Positions 27,253-37,409 of a stretch of DNA of 64,000 nucleotides are shown here, in pieces. A program made the position numbers and the translations under genes. Positions within the stretch are counted from its first letter, which is position 1. The number at the start of each line of letters is the position of its first letter. This DNA comes from an uncultured bacterium (GTDB taxonomy: Bacteria > SAR324 > NAC60-12): the NCBI GenBank assembly GCA_965662845.1, contig CBFIJD010000015.1, forward strand, positions 1-64,000, written 5' to 3'. The notes beneath the pieces are model-generated. The model was not told the DNA's origin and ran no database searches. It saw only the letters and a list, made by a program, of their open reading frames with translations.

Positions 27253-27939
27253 ATGATTGATTATTATGCCTTGTTGCAGGTGGAACCCAACGCCTCTACG
27301 GAAGAAATTCGAAAAGCCTTTCGACGCAAAGCGAAGCAATATCATCCCGATTTGCAGCAGCATAAATCCGAGGCCGAACAGCGAGAGGCACAGCGCCGTT
27401 TTGTGCAGCTGACCCAAGCTTACGAAACGTTGAGTCACCCAGACAGCCGGCGAACCTACGATCGTCAGTGGTCTCGCGCAAAAGGCCACCAAGAGAATCA
27501 AAAGCGCTCCGCAAATACAAGTTCTTCGCATACACAGCGTCCGCGACCAGAAACCAAAACCGAAGATTTCACAGATTTTGCTGAGGTGACGTTGGAAGAT
27601 CTCTTGCGAGATGTGGATGATTTGTTAGGGCAGTTCGGGATGCGTCGGGCGGATCCCTTGGAGCTGCTCTTGGAGTGGGCCCGTGAGATTTATCGAGAGG
27701 TGTTGGAGCTGCTGCAAGATCAAGACGACGACCCGCCGAGTCAGACGTCGCACGGCTCACGACAGCAGCGAACAACCTCATCTTCTCGCCAAGAGCGTCC
27801 CACAGACGACCCTCGGGCGGATATCGAAGAAGAGCTGGAACGGTTACGTCGTTACCAGCAAAAGCAAGGGCCCACTCCCTCTGACGGCGACGACATCCAA
27901 GACGAACTTGAGCGTCTGAAAAAAAAATACCGCCCTTAA
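27253..27939 (+). CDS. J-domain protein (type III)
   Basis: DYYALLQV...IRKAFRRKAKQYHPD...AYETLS...R..YD; C-terminal D.I.EELERL repeat present twice. Confidence 0.88.
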   Translation: MIDYYALLQVEPNASTEEIRKAFRRKAKQYHPDLQQHKSEAEQREAQRRFVQLTQAYETLSHPDSRRTYDRQWSRAKGHQENQKRSANTSSSHTQRPRPETKTEDFTDFAEVTLEDLLRDVDDLLGQFGMRRADPLELLLEWAREIYREVLELLQDQDDDPPSQTSHGSRQQRTTSSSRQERPTDDPRADIEEELERLRRYQQKQGPTPSDGDDIQDELERLKKKYRP

Positions 27940-27961
27940 ACCTCAGCTTAGGATTGGCACG

Positions 27962-28894
27962 ATGCCCAACGCCCCGACCACTGTTCCCACACCGCAGATT
28001 GCGGTGCTGATCCCTTGCCTCAACGAAGAAGTCACAATTGCAAAGGTCGTTCAAGACTTCCAGCGGGAGCTGCCAGCAGCAACGATTTACGTCTTTGACA
28101 ACAACAGCACCGACCGAACCGCTGAGATTGCCGCAGAGAACGGCGCGGTCGTGATCCCAGAGCGTAAGCGCGGCAAGGGGCATGTGATCGCTGCGATGTT
28201 TCGCAAAGTGGAAGCCGACTATTTCTTGATGGTAGATGGCGACGATACATACTCCGCAGAGCATGCCAAAGCGCTGCTCCAACCGCTCCTCGACGGTGAG
28301 GCGGATATGACGGTTGCGACTCGTCTTAACGAATACCAAGATGCGTCTTTCCGACCGCTGCATGTTTTTGGGAATAACCTCGTGCGTGCTTTGGTCAACT
28401 GGATCTTCAATAGCCAATTGGAAGACATCATGTCGGGCTATCGAGGGTTTACCAAGGAGCTGGTGCGCAATCTACCGGTGTTAGCCAGCGGGTTTGAAGT
28501 GGAAACGGAGATGACGATTCGCGTGTTGGATTATGGCTACACAATTCGCGAGATTACGGTCCCATATCGTGAGCGCCCAGAGGGGTCGTTCTCTAAGCTG
28601 AACACGTTCCGTGATGGATTCCGGGTGCTGCGTCAAATCGCGAGCATCGCTAAGTCATACAAGCCGCTGTTGTTTTTCGGCGTGCTGGCGTTGTTTTTTG
28701 GTGTGATTGGGTTGATCGCAGGCGGGGAGGTGATTGTTGACTACGCTGTCGATGGATATGTGGACAAAGTGCCAACCGCCATTTTTGCGGTCGGCTGTAT
28801 GCTGCTGTGTTTTGGAAGCGTTGGAATTGGAGCGATTTTAGACACGCTGAACAGCCGTTTTCGAGAAGTTTTGCGGCTGCAGCAGCGCAAATGA
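27962..28894 (+). CDS. GT2 polyprenol-phosphate glycosyltransferase (GtrB/DPM-like)
   Basis: LIPCLNEE, DNNSTD, GKG, MVDGDDTY, DIMSGYR, GFEVETE; two C-terminal TMs. Confidence 0.9.
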   Translation: MPNAPTTVPTPQIAVLIPCLNEEVTIAKVVQDFQRELPAATIYVFDNNSTDRTAEIAAENGAVVIPERKRGKGHVIAAMFRKVEADYFLMVDGDDTYSAEHAKALLQPLLDGEADMTVATRLNEYQDASFRPLHVFGNNLVRALVNWIFNSQLEDIMSGYRGFTKELVRNLPVLASGFEVETEMTIRVLDYGYTIREITVPYRERPEGSFSKLNTFRDGFRVLRQIASIAKSYKPLLFFGVLALFFGVIGLIAGGEVIVDYAVDGYVDKVPTAIFAVGCMLLCFGSVGIGAILDTLNSRFREVLRLQQRK

Positions 28895-28919
28895 AGGCCA
28901 GATCTGGCGCACGTGTTGC

Positions 28920-29558
28920 TTAGAAGCTCCACACATAAGAGAAGCGGAAGCCGTCTGGCAGCAAGAGAGCGACAGGCCCCGACTCGGTGGCCTCAAAAGC
29001 CTCCGCCCCTGCAGGGCGAGGAGCGCCTGGGTCCCAGACTGAGCGGGTGCCAATGAGGGCGCCGACGACGCCACCGAGCACCGTGCTTGAGCCGATGGTG
29101 CGGAATTGATCTCGGCTGGTGCCTGGCCGCAAGAAGGTGAACCACCCCCCAATCATAAGACCCGTGCCCGCGCCGTACGCGACGTTACCAATCAGATTTT
29201 GCTGATCCTGCTGAGCAATGTCGCGTTGAGCCAGCAAATCCAAGCGCAGGCTGCTCTCAGAGTCATCCGAGAATGTCCCTTCGTCGATGTATTGGTCGTC
29301 TTCGCTGATGGGTTCTTCAAAAGGATCTCCTTCAGCAGCTGGCATCTCGGGCAGCGGCTCGTCGGACATCTCCATCTCGGAGGAAAAGTCCCGTTGGAGC
29401 AATGGATCGTCTGCTGTGTCTTGATAAGGATCTTCGAAAAAAGCGTCTTGGTTACCCGATTGGAATTCATCAAAGAACGGATCGCTCTGCGCTAGAGCCG
29501 TAAAAGGAGTCGTCAGCAGCAGAAAAATGCAAAGCCAGACGGTGAGATGTGAACGCAT
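28920..29558 (-). CDS. Secreted glycine-zipper protein 1 (acidic N-terminal region)
   Basis: Signal peptide (ALA-Q), D/E/P-rich region, Gly-rich helical pair, ends FRFSYVWSF. Confidence 0.7.
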   Translation of the reverse strand: MRSHLTVWLCIFLLLTTPFTALAQSDPFFDEFQSGNQDAFFEDPYQDTADDPLLQRDFSSEMEMSDEPLPEMPAAEGDPFEEPISEDDQYIDEGTFSDDSESSLRLDLLAQRDIAQQDQQNLIGNVAYGAGTGLMIGGWFTFLRPGTSRDQFRTIGSSTVLGGVVGALIGTRSVWDPGAPRPAGAEAFEATESGPVALLLPDGFRFSYVWSF

Positions 29559-29701
29559 GGGAAATCCTAGTAGATCAAACAAAAAATGAAACGGGGATGG
29601 CAAGTGGGATGCAAAACCTATTCACGACCTGTGCAAGAGACAAGGGTTTCTCAAGGAAGAAACCTGCTTTTTTCAAAAATTTCAAATGTGTAGGAAGAGC
29701 C

Positions 29702-30100
29702 ATGCTCCATCGCCTAGTCGCACTGATTATTGGCCTTAGCCTATGGACACACACTGCGGTTGCACAAGAGGCTGGGCCGCTCCTGATGAAGCAAGAGTTG
29801 GGCTATACCTTGGGCGGAGGCGTCGCGGGTGTCGGACTGGGGGTGCTGGTTTGGTTTACAGACCCGCTGAATCCTGACATTACTCTGCGCGATACGGTCG
29901 TTGACGGCCTGATTGTTGGAACGCTGCTAGGCTCAATGTTCGGCTTTTATGTGCTGCAAGCTGCGGTGGTGGAACCTCAACAAAATGCCCTCCCACCAGG
30001 GCTAGAAGATTTGCTTGGGCAAGCCCGTCGAGACCAAGAACGTTGGTCGGAACCGGTCAGCCACTCTAAGATTACTGTGCCCTTGACGTGGAAGTTTTGA
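29702..30100 (+). CDS. Secreted glycine-zipper protein 2
   Basis: Signal peptide (AVA-Q), GGGVAGVGLG / GLIVGTLLGSMFG, ends ITVPLTWKF. Confidence 0.7.
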   Translation: MLHRLVALIIGLSLWTHTAVAQEAGPLLMKQELGYTLGGGVAGVGLGVLVWFTDPLNPDITLRDTVVDGLIVGTLLGSMFGFYVLQAAVVEPQQNALPPGLEDLLGQARRDQERWSEPVSHSKITVPLTWKF

Positions 30101-30111
30101 GAAGGACTCTT

Positions 30112-30597
30112 ATGCAGAATAAAACTCGATTGATCGCCTTGCTATTGTTGTTGTGCTTCGCCTTGCAGCCTGTCGCGCTTCATGCACAGCAAGCGGGTGA
30201 TGGCCAAGCACTGGGAGACTTCTTGGCCGGCGCGGAGACGGGCCGTGGCCCCGTCATGCGCTCGGTGTTCTGGAATACTCTCTACGGCTCTCTCTGGGGA
30301 GCGTCGCTCGGCGTTTCTTATCACTTCCTGTCCGGTGTCGCCGTGCGAGAGTCGATTGCCGGCAGTATGACCATCGGAGGCATGATGGGCTTTGGGCTTG
30401 GACTGTATCTTGTGGTGAATGGTTTGAGCTTCAACCAAAACATTCTGATTGATTTCCCAGAGCCTCAGTTTGGACCTCCGGCGGATATGGAGACCCCCGT
30501 CGCGCAGAGAGAGCAAGAATCGGCACCCATCGCGTTCTGGGCGGCTCCTTCTCCGGAAGGCGACGCTTGGGAGGCCGGCTTTCAGCTACGCTTCTGA
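30112..30597 (+). CDS. Secreted glycine-zipper protein 3
   Basis: Signal peptide (LHA-Q), YGSLWGASLG / GSMTIGGMMGFGLG, ends WEAGFQLRF; AAGGA RBS. Confidence 0.72.
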   Translation: MQNKTRLIALLLLLCFALQPVALHAQQAGDGQALGDFLAGAETGRGPVMRSVFWNTLYGSLWGASLGVSYHFLSGVAVRESIAGSMTIGGMMGFGLGLYLVVNGLSFNQNILIDFPEPQFGPPADMETPVAQREQESAPIAFWAAPSPEGDAWEAGFQLRF

Positions 30598-30615
30598 GTC
30601 CCTACCCCCTTTTGT

Positions 30616-31188
30616 ATGACCTCATCCTCCCGCGTTCGCGCGCTGCTCCGTGAACATCTCGTCGAAGCCGCGCTGCTCGCATGCTTAGGCCCCCTCGCTA
30701 TCTATTACTACCTCGCTGAAGACCCGCCCGAACCCATCAATCTCTCTCCGTTGGAAGAACGCACAGTGCTGCAAATGCAGACCGTTGTGGTGCGGGACTA
30801 CCAAGAAAACCTCCATCGTTGGACCCTGAATGGGGCGAAGGCTTCGGTGGCAGAAGATGCCTCCGTGATGGAAGTCACTCAGCCGGTCTTGCAGCTGCAC
30901 AATCGTCCCGACGCCCCTCCTGCGCCTGAGACTCGTATCCTCGCGGATACCGGATTGATCGACTGGCAACGACAACGGGTGGAAGTGCAAGGCAATGTGC
31001 GTGTGCTACGCGAAAACAAACTCCATCTCCAAGCAGAACGAGCGATTTATGACTTGCGCTCGGAGGTGCTGCGCATGCCTGGTGCTGTGCAAGGGGCCTG
31101 GCAAGGGAGCCAAGTTGAAGGCGCCGACTTGCGATATGAACTCGACACCGAACAACTGGAATTGCGCCAAGTCACCTATCAGCGATAA
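30616..31188 (+). CDS. lptC: LPS export periplasmic protein LptC-like
   Basis: 190 aa, single N-terminal TM, beta-jellyroll pattern (WTLNGAKA, I.ADTG.ID...V.VQGNV, L.AERA.YD). Confidence 0.7.
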   Translation: MTSSSRVRALLREHLVEAALLACLGPLAIYYYLAEDPPEPINLSPLEERTVLQMQTVVVRDYQENLHRWTLNGAKASVAEDASVMEVTQPVLQLHNRPDAPPAPETRILADTGLIDWQRQRVEVQGNVRVLRENKLHLQAERAIYDLRSEVLRMPGAVQGAWQGSQVEGADLRYELDTEQLELRQVTYQR

Positions 31189-31391
31189 ATCGCGCTGCGC
31201 CAGCGTTGCGCCGCCACACGAATTCTTTTCTTTTGAAATCGTTTTCAGTACTTTGGCCGCCTGTTCTCTCTAGTGTGTCTTCACCCCAAGCATGCTTGCT
31301 GCTATGTTGCATCGCACAACAGTCGTCTCAGGAGTGAATTCCGCCAAGCTTCACGTCCGCTCCCTCACAACGTTCCCAACTGAGCTCTCTT

Positions 31392-33530
31392 GTGACTAAC
31401 AAAACGGATCGTAAATGGTCGCGCTTTCTGTCGCTGTGGCGAGAGAACCGCAACCTGCGACGCGAGCACAACCAACTGCAACAAGAGCAGCTGCGTAAGC
31501 TTACAGAGGTGCAAGCGTTGATGGAGCGAGACGCGGCCCACCCTCCTTCTGTAGGCGAGGCAACAGAAGCGACTCCTCCCCCGCAAGACAAGCTCGCAGC
31601 GGAACAGCCCCCCTCAGACCCCTCCCCGATTGCCGAAGACCCCCTGCTGGGGAGCGCGCCTCCCTCCACAGCGACGGTCAGCCACGAGGCACCAGACGCC
31701 CGCGCTCAACGGATCGTGAAACTCGGCTATTGGACGTATGACGCCTCCACATCCATCTTTGAAGGGAACCCCCAGCACTTCCGTAATCATGGCCTCGATG
31801 AGCTGTTGAGCGCAGTGACGCTCCCTGCGTGGTTGCGGGTGATCAGCAGCGAGGATCGTTCACGAGTCGGAGAGAAGTTCAGCAAGGCGATCGAATACGC
31901 CTCACCCGCCACCCTAGAATACCAGACCGAGAATCAGCGCGCTGTGCGACTCGAGATGCAACCGGATGGCTTTAACGAAGAGGGACGCTGCCGGCTGTTT
32001 GGGACGTCGCAAGATGTGACAGAGCTGCGCATGGGCGAGCGCATGTATCGCCAGATCACACAGCGCTTTTATCTGGTCAAGCAAGCGATTCGCATCGGGA
32101 CGTGGGAGTGGACTCCACAAAATGACCATTTTTACCGAGACCGTGAAGCGGATGAGCTGCTGGGCGTCGAACAGGCGAGCCAAGGCGCCACCCTTGACGC
32201 GCTGCTCGAACGACTGGAAGCCTCCGAAGCCAAACAACTGCGAGCGCGTTGGGACGCGGCACTGCGCTCTAAAAGTCGCTTTGACGCAGAATTCAGCCTG
32301 CCCACTGGCGATCACCAACGTCGCTACTTGCGCCTAGAAGGCACCGTCGAGGTCGACAAAACGCAGCAGCTCAAGCGGGTGGTGGGCATCCTGCTAGATG
32401 TCACTCGTCAGAAACAGGCAGAAACTCAACTGCAACGGGATGAAGCCTTTCGCAAAGAGGCGCAGAGAATGGCGCGCATCGCCGGTTGGGGCTGGAACCT
32501 TCACACCAACGAGTTTTTCTGCACAGAAGAACTGTACGAAATTTTCAGCTTCTCCACAGAAAGCGCGCTGAGCCCTGAAATGCTGGAACAGCGGATCCAC
32601 GCGAATGATCGCTCCAAATTTACCGAAGCGCTGCGCCAAGCCACCGAAGATTGCAGTCGCTTTGAGGTGGGCTTTCGTGTGCCACATGAAGACGGCTCCG
32701 TCTCGCATTTGGTCGCGTTGGGGCGGGTGCTGGCCCACAATGGGGTCGCCCAAGAAGTGTGGGGCGCGATGCAAGACGTGACGGAGAGCAAGCGGCTGGA
32801 GTCGCAGCTCTTGCGCTCCGAGAAGCTACAGTCGCTAGGAACCCTCGCCGCGAACACAGGACACGAACTCAAAAACCCGCTCGCTGTGATTCGGACTCAG
32901 CTGGAGATGATGGAAATCTTCTTGGAGATGGAAAATTACGAGCGCATTCCAAAGTTGTTGCAAATTGCGAATGAACAAACTCTGCGCGCCGCGAGCATCA
33001 TCGACAGCATGCGGGTGCTCGCTTGGGATGAACTCAACAAAGAATACACGCCCGTGTTGCTGCGCCAAGTCCTTGACCGCAGCTTGCTGCGCCGCCAGCG
33101 AGAGTTTGAAGAGCAGCAAGTCCAGCTCACTCGGTGCCTGAACGGTGTGGAGGTCGAAGACTACCAAGCTCTCAACGAGATGGTGAAAGGCAACTTCACC
33201 CAGCTAGAGCAAGTGATGAGCAACCTGATGAGCAACGCTCTGGATGCGATGAAACACTCAAAAGTCCGTGAGCTGCACTTGCACGTCACCGTGAAGCCGA
33301 GCCGGATCGTCTTGTCGCTGCGAGATACGGGGTGCGGCGTCACCGAAGAACATCTAGGAAAGATCTTTGACCCGTTCTTCACAACGAAGCCTCCCAAAGA
33401 AGGCATCGGGCTCGGGCTCGCGGTTTGTCTCGCGGTCGTGACCCAACACGGCGGCGATCTGGAAGTCGAGAGCCAACCGCAGCAAGGCTGCACCTTCCAC
33501 CTCAACCTCCCCCTCTGGAAAGCTGGCTGA
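31392..33530 (+). CDS. Cytoplasmic multi-PAS sensor histidine kinase
   Basis: Three PAS/PAC repeats (LGYWTYD, IGTWEW, AGWGWN; QDVTE ends); HELKNPL, NLMSNA, DTGCG, FFTTKP..EGIGLGL; exact start uncertain. Confidence 0.9.
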   Translation: MTNKTDRKWSRFLSLWRENRNLRREHNQLQQEQLRKLTEVQALMERDAAHPPSVGEATEATPPPQDKLAAEQPPSDPSPIAEDPLLGSAPPSTATVSHEAPDARAQRIVKLGYWTYDASTSIFEGNPQHFRNHGLDELLSAVTLPAWLRVISSEDRSRVGEKFSKAIEYASPATLEYQTENQRAVRLEMQPDGFNEEGRCRLFGTSQDVTELRMGERMYRQITQRFYLVKQAIRIGTWEWTPQNDHFYRDREADELLGVEQASQGATLDALLERLEASEAKQLRARWDAALRSKSRFDAEFSLPTGDHQRRYLRLEGTVEVDKTQQLKRVVGILLDVTRQKQAETQLQRDEAFRKEAQRMARIAGWGWNLHTNEFFCTEELYEIFSFSTESALSPEMLEQRIHANDRSKFTEALRQATEDCSRFEVGFRVPHEDGSVSHLVALGRVLAHNGVAQEVWGAMQDVTESKRLESQLLRSEKLQSLGTLAANTGHELKNPLAVIRTQLEMMEIFLEMENYERIPKLLQIANEQTLRAASIIDSMRVLAWDELNKEYTPVLLRQVLDRSLLRRQREFEEQQVQLTRCLNGVEVEDYQALNEMVKGNFTQLEQVMSNLMSNALDAMKHSKVRELHLHVTVKPSRIVLSLRDTGCGVTEEHLGKIFDPFFTTKPPKEGIGLGLAVCLAVVTQHGGDLEVESQPQQGCTFHLNLPLWKAG

Positions 33531-33679
33531 CTCTGCGGCGCCCCTTCGTCTTCTTCTCCGACACGCCTCGCTCGCTGGCTAATCAAACACTAACAATCCT
33601 TCCTTATCTTCCTGCCCCTTCGTGGCTCTTTTCGTTGCCGTGTGCGTGACGGTGACAGACTCCTTCCTTCCCTAAAAGC

Positions 33680-34768
33680 GTGGACATGCTGCCTCCTCTC
33701 ACTGTGCTGTGTGTGGATGACGAGAAATCGATCCTTGACACCCTGCAAGATCAACTTCGCTATGCCTTTGCACAAGAGATTCAAATTGAGATTGCCGAGA
33801 GCGGAGAAGAAGCCTTGGAAGTCGCCGCCGAAGTGGAAGAGGAACAAGGACACTTGGGGCTGGTGATTTCGGATTACATCATGCCGGGCCTCAAGGGAGA
33901 CGAGCTGCTCATTCAGCTGCACGAACGCTTTCCCCAAACTCGCAAGATCATGCTCACCGGACAAAGTTCGCTGGAGGCCGTCGGAAACTCGGTCAATCGA
34001 GCCGCCCTATATCGCTATCTCACCAAGCCTTGGGAAGCCGAAGACCTGCTCCTCACAGTCCGCTCTGCGCTCTTAGGGTTTCGACGAGACAAAGAACTCG
34101 AGAGTAAGATCTTGGCGTTTGAGAAGTTCTTGCCCCGCTCTTTTCTGAACATGCTCGGCGTGCGCGACTACGAAGACATGGCCCGCAGCCAAGGTCGCGA
34201 GCGCACGATGACGATCTTGTTTTGCGACATCCGCTCGTTTACGTCGCTTTCGGAGGGCATGTCGGCGCAGCAGGCCTTTGACTTTGTGAACGCGTATCTC
34301 GCGGTGATGGGCCCCGCGATTCGCACGCAAGGCGGCGTTGTCGACAAATATATCGGAGACGGCATCATGGCGCTGTTTGAGAACGCCGATGACGGACTGA
34401 ACGCAGCGCTCGCGATGCAGGATGCTTTGAAAAACTTCAATTTGCAGCGCATCCAAGCGTTTGAACCCGCTATCAGCATTGGGATTGGCTTGAACACAGG
34501 GCCCGTCATTCTGGGGACCATTGGCGAGAGCGGGCGCTTGCAGACAACGGTTTTGGGAGACCATGTCAACTTAGCGAGCCGCGTGGAGAGCATGACGAAG
34601 AACTTTGAAGCTTCGATTCTCCTCACGGAAAGCACGTGGAACGAGGTGTCTCGTCCAGAGCTCTATCGCGTACAGCCGCTGGCGCGCGTGCATGTGACCG
34701 GGCGCAAAAGTGCGGTGATGCTGTTTGATCTGCAGGGGCGCATGGAGAGTCATGATTCGCGCGTTTGA
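33680..34768 (+). CDS. Receiver domain fused to a class III adenylate cyclase
   Basis: REC (VDDE, ISDYIMP, LTG, KPW); FCDIRSFT, DKYIGDGIMA, TVLGDHVNLASRVE. Confidence 0.93.
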   Translation: MDMLPPLTVLCVDDEKSILDTLQDQLRYAFAQEIQIEIAESGEEALEVAAEVEEEQGHLGLVISDYIMPGLKGDELLIQLHERFPQTRKIMLTGQSSLEAVGNSVNRAALYRYLTKPWEAEDLLLTVRSALLGFRRDKELESKILAFEKFLPRSFLNMLGVRDYEDMARSQGRERTMTILFCDIRSFTSLSEGMSAQQAFDFVNAYLAVMGPAIRTQGGVVDKYIGDGIMALFENADDGLNAALAMQDALKNFNLQRIQAFEPAISIGIGLNTGPVILGTIGESGRLQTTVLGDHVNLASRVESMTKNFEASILLTESTWNEVSRPELYRVQPLARVHVTGRKSAVMLFDLQGRMESHDSRV

Positions 34769-36950
34769 CGCTCGTTATTCGCTCGCAGCGTATCTGCTCC
34801 GAGTCATTTTTGGCCTATATTTCTTGGTCGCGCTCTTGGTGACGCTGCTGCAGCTGTATGTGGAATATGCCGATGTCAAAGCTACCGTCCAGCGGGAGGT
34901 GGTGGCCTTGGAACCCATCTTTCGTCGTGGCCTGAGCGAGGCGATGTGGTCGGTGAACACCCTCCAACTCCAATCCATCACAGCGGGGATTTACCGGTTG
35001 CCTGTGGTGGTGGGACTCGAAGTCCGCAGCGAGGACGAGATCACAGCGGAGGGAAGACTCTTGGTGCAGCGAGGGCTCATTCGCTTACCATCAGGGGAGA
35101 CGCAGTGGCAGGAGTCCTTCCCAGTGGCAGATGCCATTGCTGATAGCGCGCTGATTGTGCACGAATTTCCGCTGATTTACGAATACGAAGGCACGTCGTA
35201 CCCGCTAGGCCGAGCGGTTTTTTATTCCAGTGAAGGGATTGTGTTTGAGCGGGTGCGCTACGGTTTTTTGCTGATTTTGGTGAACTCCTTCATCAAAACA
35301 GGCGTGTTGTGGTGCATCTTTCTGCTGGTGATTCGCAAAGTGTTGGGGCGCCCGCTCACCGCGCTGACGTCACGCGTACAACAGCTGGATCTGGACACGC
35401 TGGATGACGCGGAAGTCCGCGAGTTCTCCCAACGAGAAGATGAACTCAATCAGCTCGCGCGGGCCTATAACCGGATGATTGGGAAGATGCGCGCTTCTCG
35501 AGATCGGCAGTATGAAGTCGAGCAGAGTTTACGAGAGAAAGAAGCTCTGTTGGCGGAGTATTCCCGAGAACTCGAACGGCGCGTGGAGGCGCGCACGCTA
35601 GAATTGCGCCTCTCTCAGCAGAAGTTTCTCGTCGCGTTTCAACGCAGTCCACACCCGATTGTGATCCTCGACAACCAAGGCGTGTTCCTTGAGGCCAATC
35701 AAACGTTTTTTGAGTCTTCCGGCCTGCGCCCCGAACACATCGTCGGGCAGCGGATTGACGACTTAGGGATCTGGCGTGACCAGCGCCAGCGTGTGCAGGT
35801 GCTCCGCAAGTTGCGCGCTGAGAAGGGCTTCCGCAACCAAGAGGTGGACATTGTCTTAGAGCCCAATCAACCCCGGACGCTTTTGGTGTCAGCCGAGTCG
35901 ATGAAACTTGGGTGGTCTGATAACTCCAGCGCTGAGGTCTCTTATCTCGTGACATGGAGCGACATCACCGAGCGCAAGCAGACCGAGCGAGAGATCCTCG
36001 TCAGCGAAAAGATGGCTGCGCTCGGACAGCTGATCGCGGGAGTGGCGCACGAAATCAACAACCCGCTGGCCACGATCCGAGCTGCAGCCGAGAACATGAA
36101 CACCAACCTCCAAGAAGTCATCGACCGCTTCCCCATAGTGACGCGCACGCTGGCAGAAGACCGCTACGAGGGGTTCTTGGCGCTCCTGCACGAGGCGAGT
36201 CAGTCGCAGCCCCCGCTCTCTTCTCGCGAAGAGCGAAAACGTAAAAAAGCCCTGCGCGCAGCGCTACAAGAAGCGGGCGTCGAGGAGGCCGCGCCGAAGG
36301 CTGAAGCTCTCTGCAACGCAGGACTCTACGCACCAACGCCAGCGCAGCTTCAGTTGCTCGACGACCCCTCGTGGCGCGACATCATCGGGCTGGCTTACAA
36401 CCTCTCGCGACAGCAGCAAAACAGCCACAACGTCCGCGAGGCGGTTGAGCGCGCTGCAGGCATTGTGATGGCGCTGAAGAAATACTCCCACCAAGGCGGC
36501 CTCGGTGAGCGCACGTCGACCTCTGTGCAAGACACACTAGAGACCGTGCTGACGCTGCATCACAACCAACTCAAACGCGGTGTTGAGGTGACCCGGCACT
36601 TTGCGGCAGACGTCCCCACGATTCAGGCCTTCCCGAACGAACTCATTCAAGTGTGGACGAACCTCATCCAAAACGCGCTCCATGCCATGGAAGGACGCGG
36701 CATCCTAGAGGTCGGCGTCCACCGCCAAGGCGACGAGCTAGTGGTGGAGATCACCGACAACGGACCAGGCGTCCCCGCAGCCCTTCAGGAGCGGATCTTT
36801 GAGCCGTTTTTTACCACCAAGCCCATGGGCGAAGGCTCCGGGCTGGGCCTCGATATCGTCCGCAAAATCATTGAGCGTCACCAAGGACGTCTCACTCTGG
36901 AGAGCGTGCCCGGGCGTACGCGATTTTCTGTGCACCTGCCTATTTCTTGA
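34752..36950 (+). CDS. Membrane sensor histidine kinase (TM, periplasmic domain, TM, HAMP, PAS, HisKA, HATPase)
   Basis: HEINNPL, VWTNLIQNA, DNGPG, FFTTKPMGEGSGLGL. Confidence 0.92.
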   Translation: MIRAFDARYSLAAYLLRVIFGLYFLVALLVTLLQLYVEYADVKATVQREVVALEPIFRRGLSEAMWSVNTLQLQSITAGIYRLPVVVGLEVRSEDEITAEGRLLVQRGLIRLPSGETQWQESFPVADAIADSALIVHEFPLIYEYEGTSYPLGRAVFYSSEGIVFERVRYGFLLILVNSFIKTGVLWCIFLLVIRKVLGRPLTALTSRVQQLDLDTLDDAEVREFSQREDELNQLARAYNRMIGKMRASRDRQYEVEQSLREKEALLAEYSRELERRVEARTLELRLSQQKFLVAFQRSPHPIVILDNQGVFLEANQTFFESSGLRPEHIVGQRIDDLGIWRDQRQRVQVLRKLRAEKGFRNQEVDIVLEPNQPRTLLVSAESMKLGWSDNSSAEVSYLVTWSDITERKQTEREILVSEKMAALGQLIAGVAHEINNPLATIRAAAENMNTNLQEVIDRFPIVTRTLAEDRYEGFLALLHEASQSQPPLSSREERKRKKALRAALQEAGVEEAAPKAEALCNAGLYAPTPAQLQLLDDPSWRDIIGLAYNLSRQQQNSHNVREAVERAAGIVMALKKYSHQGGLGERTSTSVQDTLETVLTLHHNQLKRGVEVTRHFAADVPTIQAFPNELIQVWTNLIQNALHAMEGRGILEVGVHRQGDELVVEITDNGPGVPAALQERIFEPFFTTKPMGEGSGLGLDIVRKIIERHQGRLTLESVPGRTRFSVHLPIS

Positions 36951-36959
36951 GGAACTCTC

Positions 36960-37349
36960 ATGGAACGGATCATTCTGTGTGTCGATGACGAGAAGATGAT
37001 TCTGGATACGCTGCGAGAACAACTGATGAGCGCCTTCGGAGGACGGTTTGGTTACGAGACCGCCGAGAGCGCGGAAGAAGCCTTAGAGCTTGTCGAAGAG
37101 CTGCTCGAAGAAGAAGAAGTCGCCCTTGTGCTGATCATCTCCGACTGGCTCATGGACGGCATGAAAGGTGACGAGCTGCTGGTGCGCGTGCACAAGCTCA
37201 CGCCGGCTTCTGTCAAAATCATGTTGACCGGACAGGCCGATGAATCTGCCGTCGAGATCGCCCGCGAGAAAGGCGGGATGAGCGCTTGCCTCGGCAAACC
37301 GTGGAACAAAGATGAACTCTTCAACCTGATTGAACGCAGCTTGAGCTGA
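36960..37349 (+). CDS. Single-domain response regulator
   Basis: LCVDDE, ISDWLM, MLTGQ, KPW; GAGG RBS. Confidence 0.92.
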   Translation: MERIILCVDDEKMILDTLREQLMSAFGGRFGYETAESAEEALELVEELLEEEEVALVLIISDWLMDGMKGDELLVRVHKLTPASVKIMLTGQADESAVEIAREKGGMSACLGKPWNKDELFNLIERSLS

Positions 37350-37409
37350 CTCCGGCGTTTCTCCTTGAACCGACTCGGGCCCATCCCGCGTCCTGATGCG
37401 ATGAGACTC

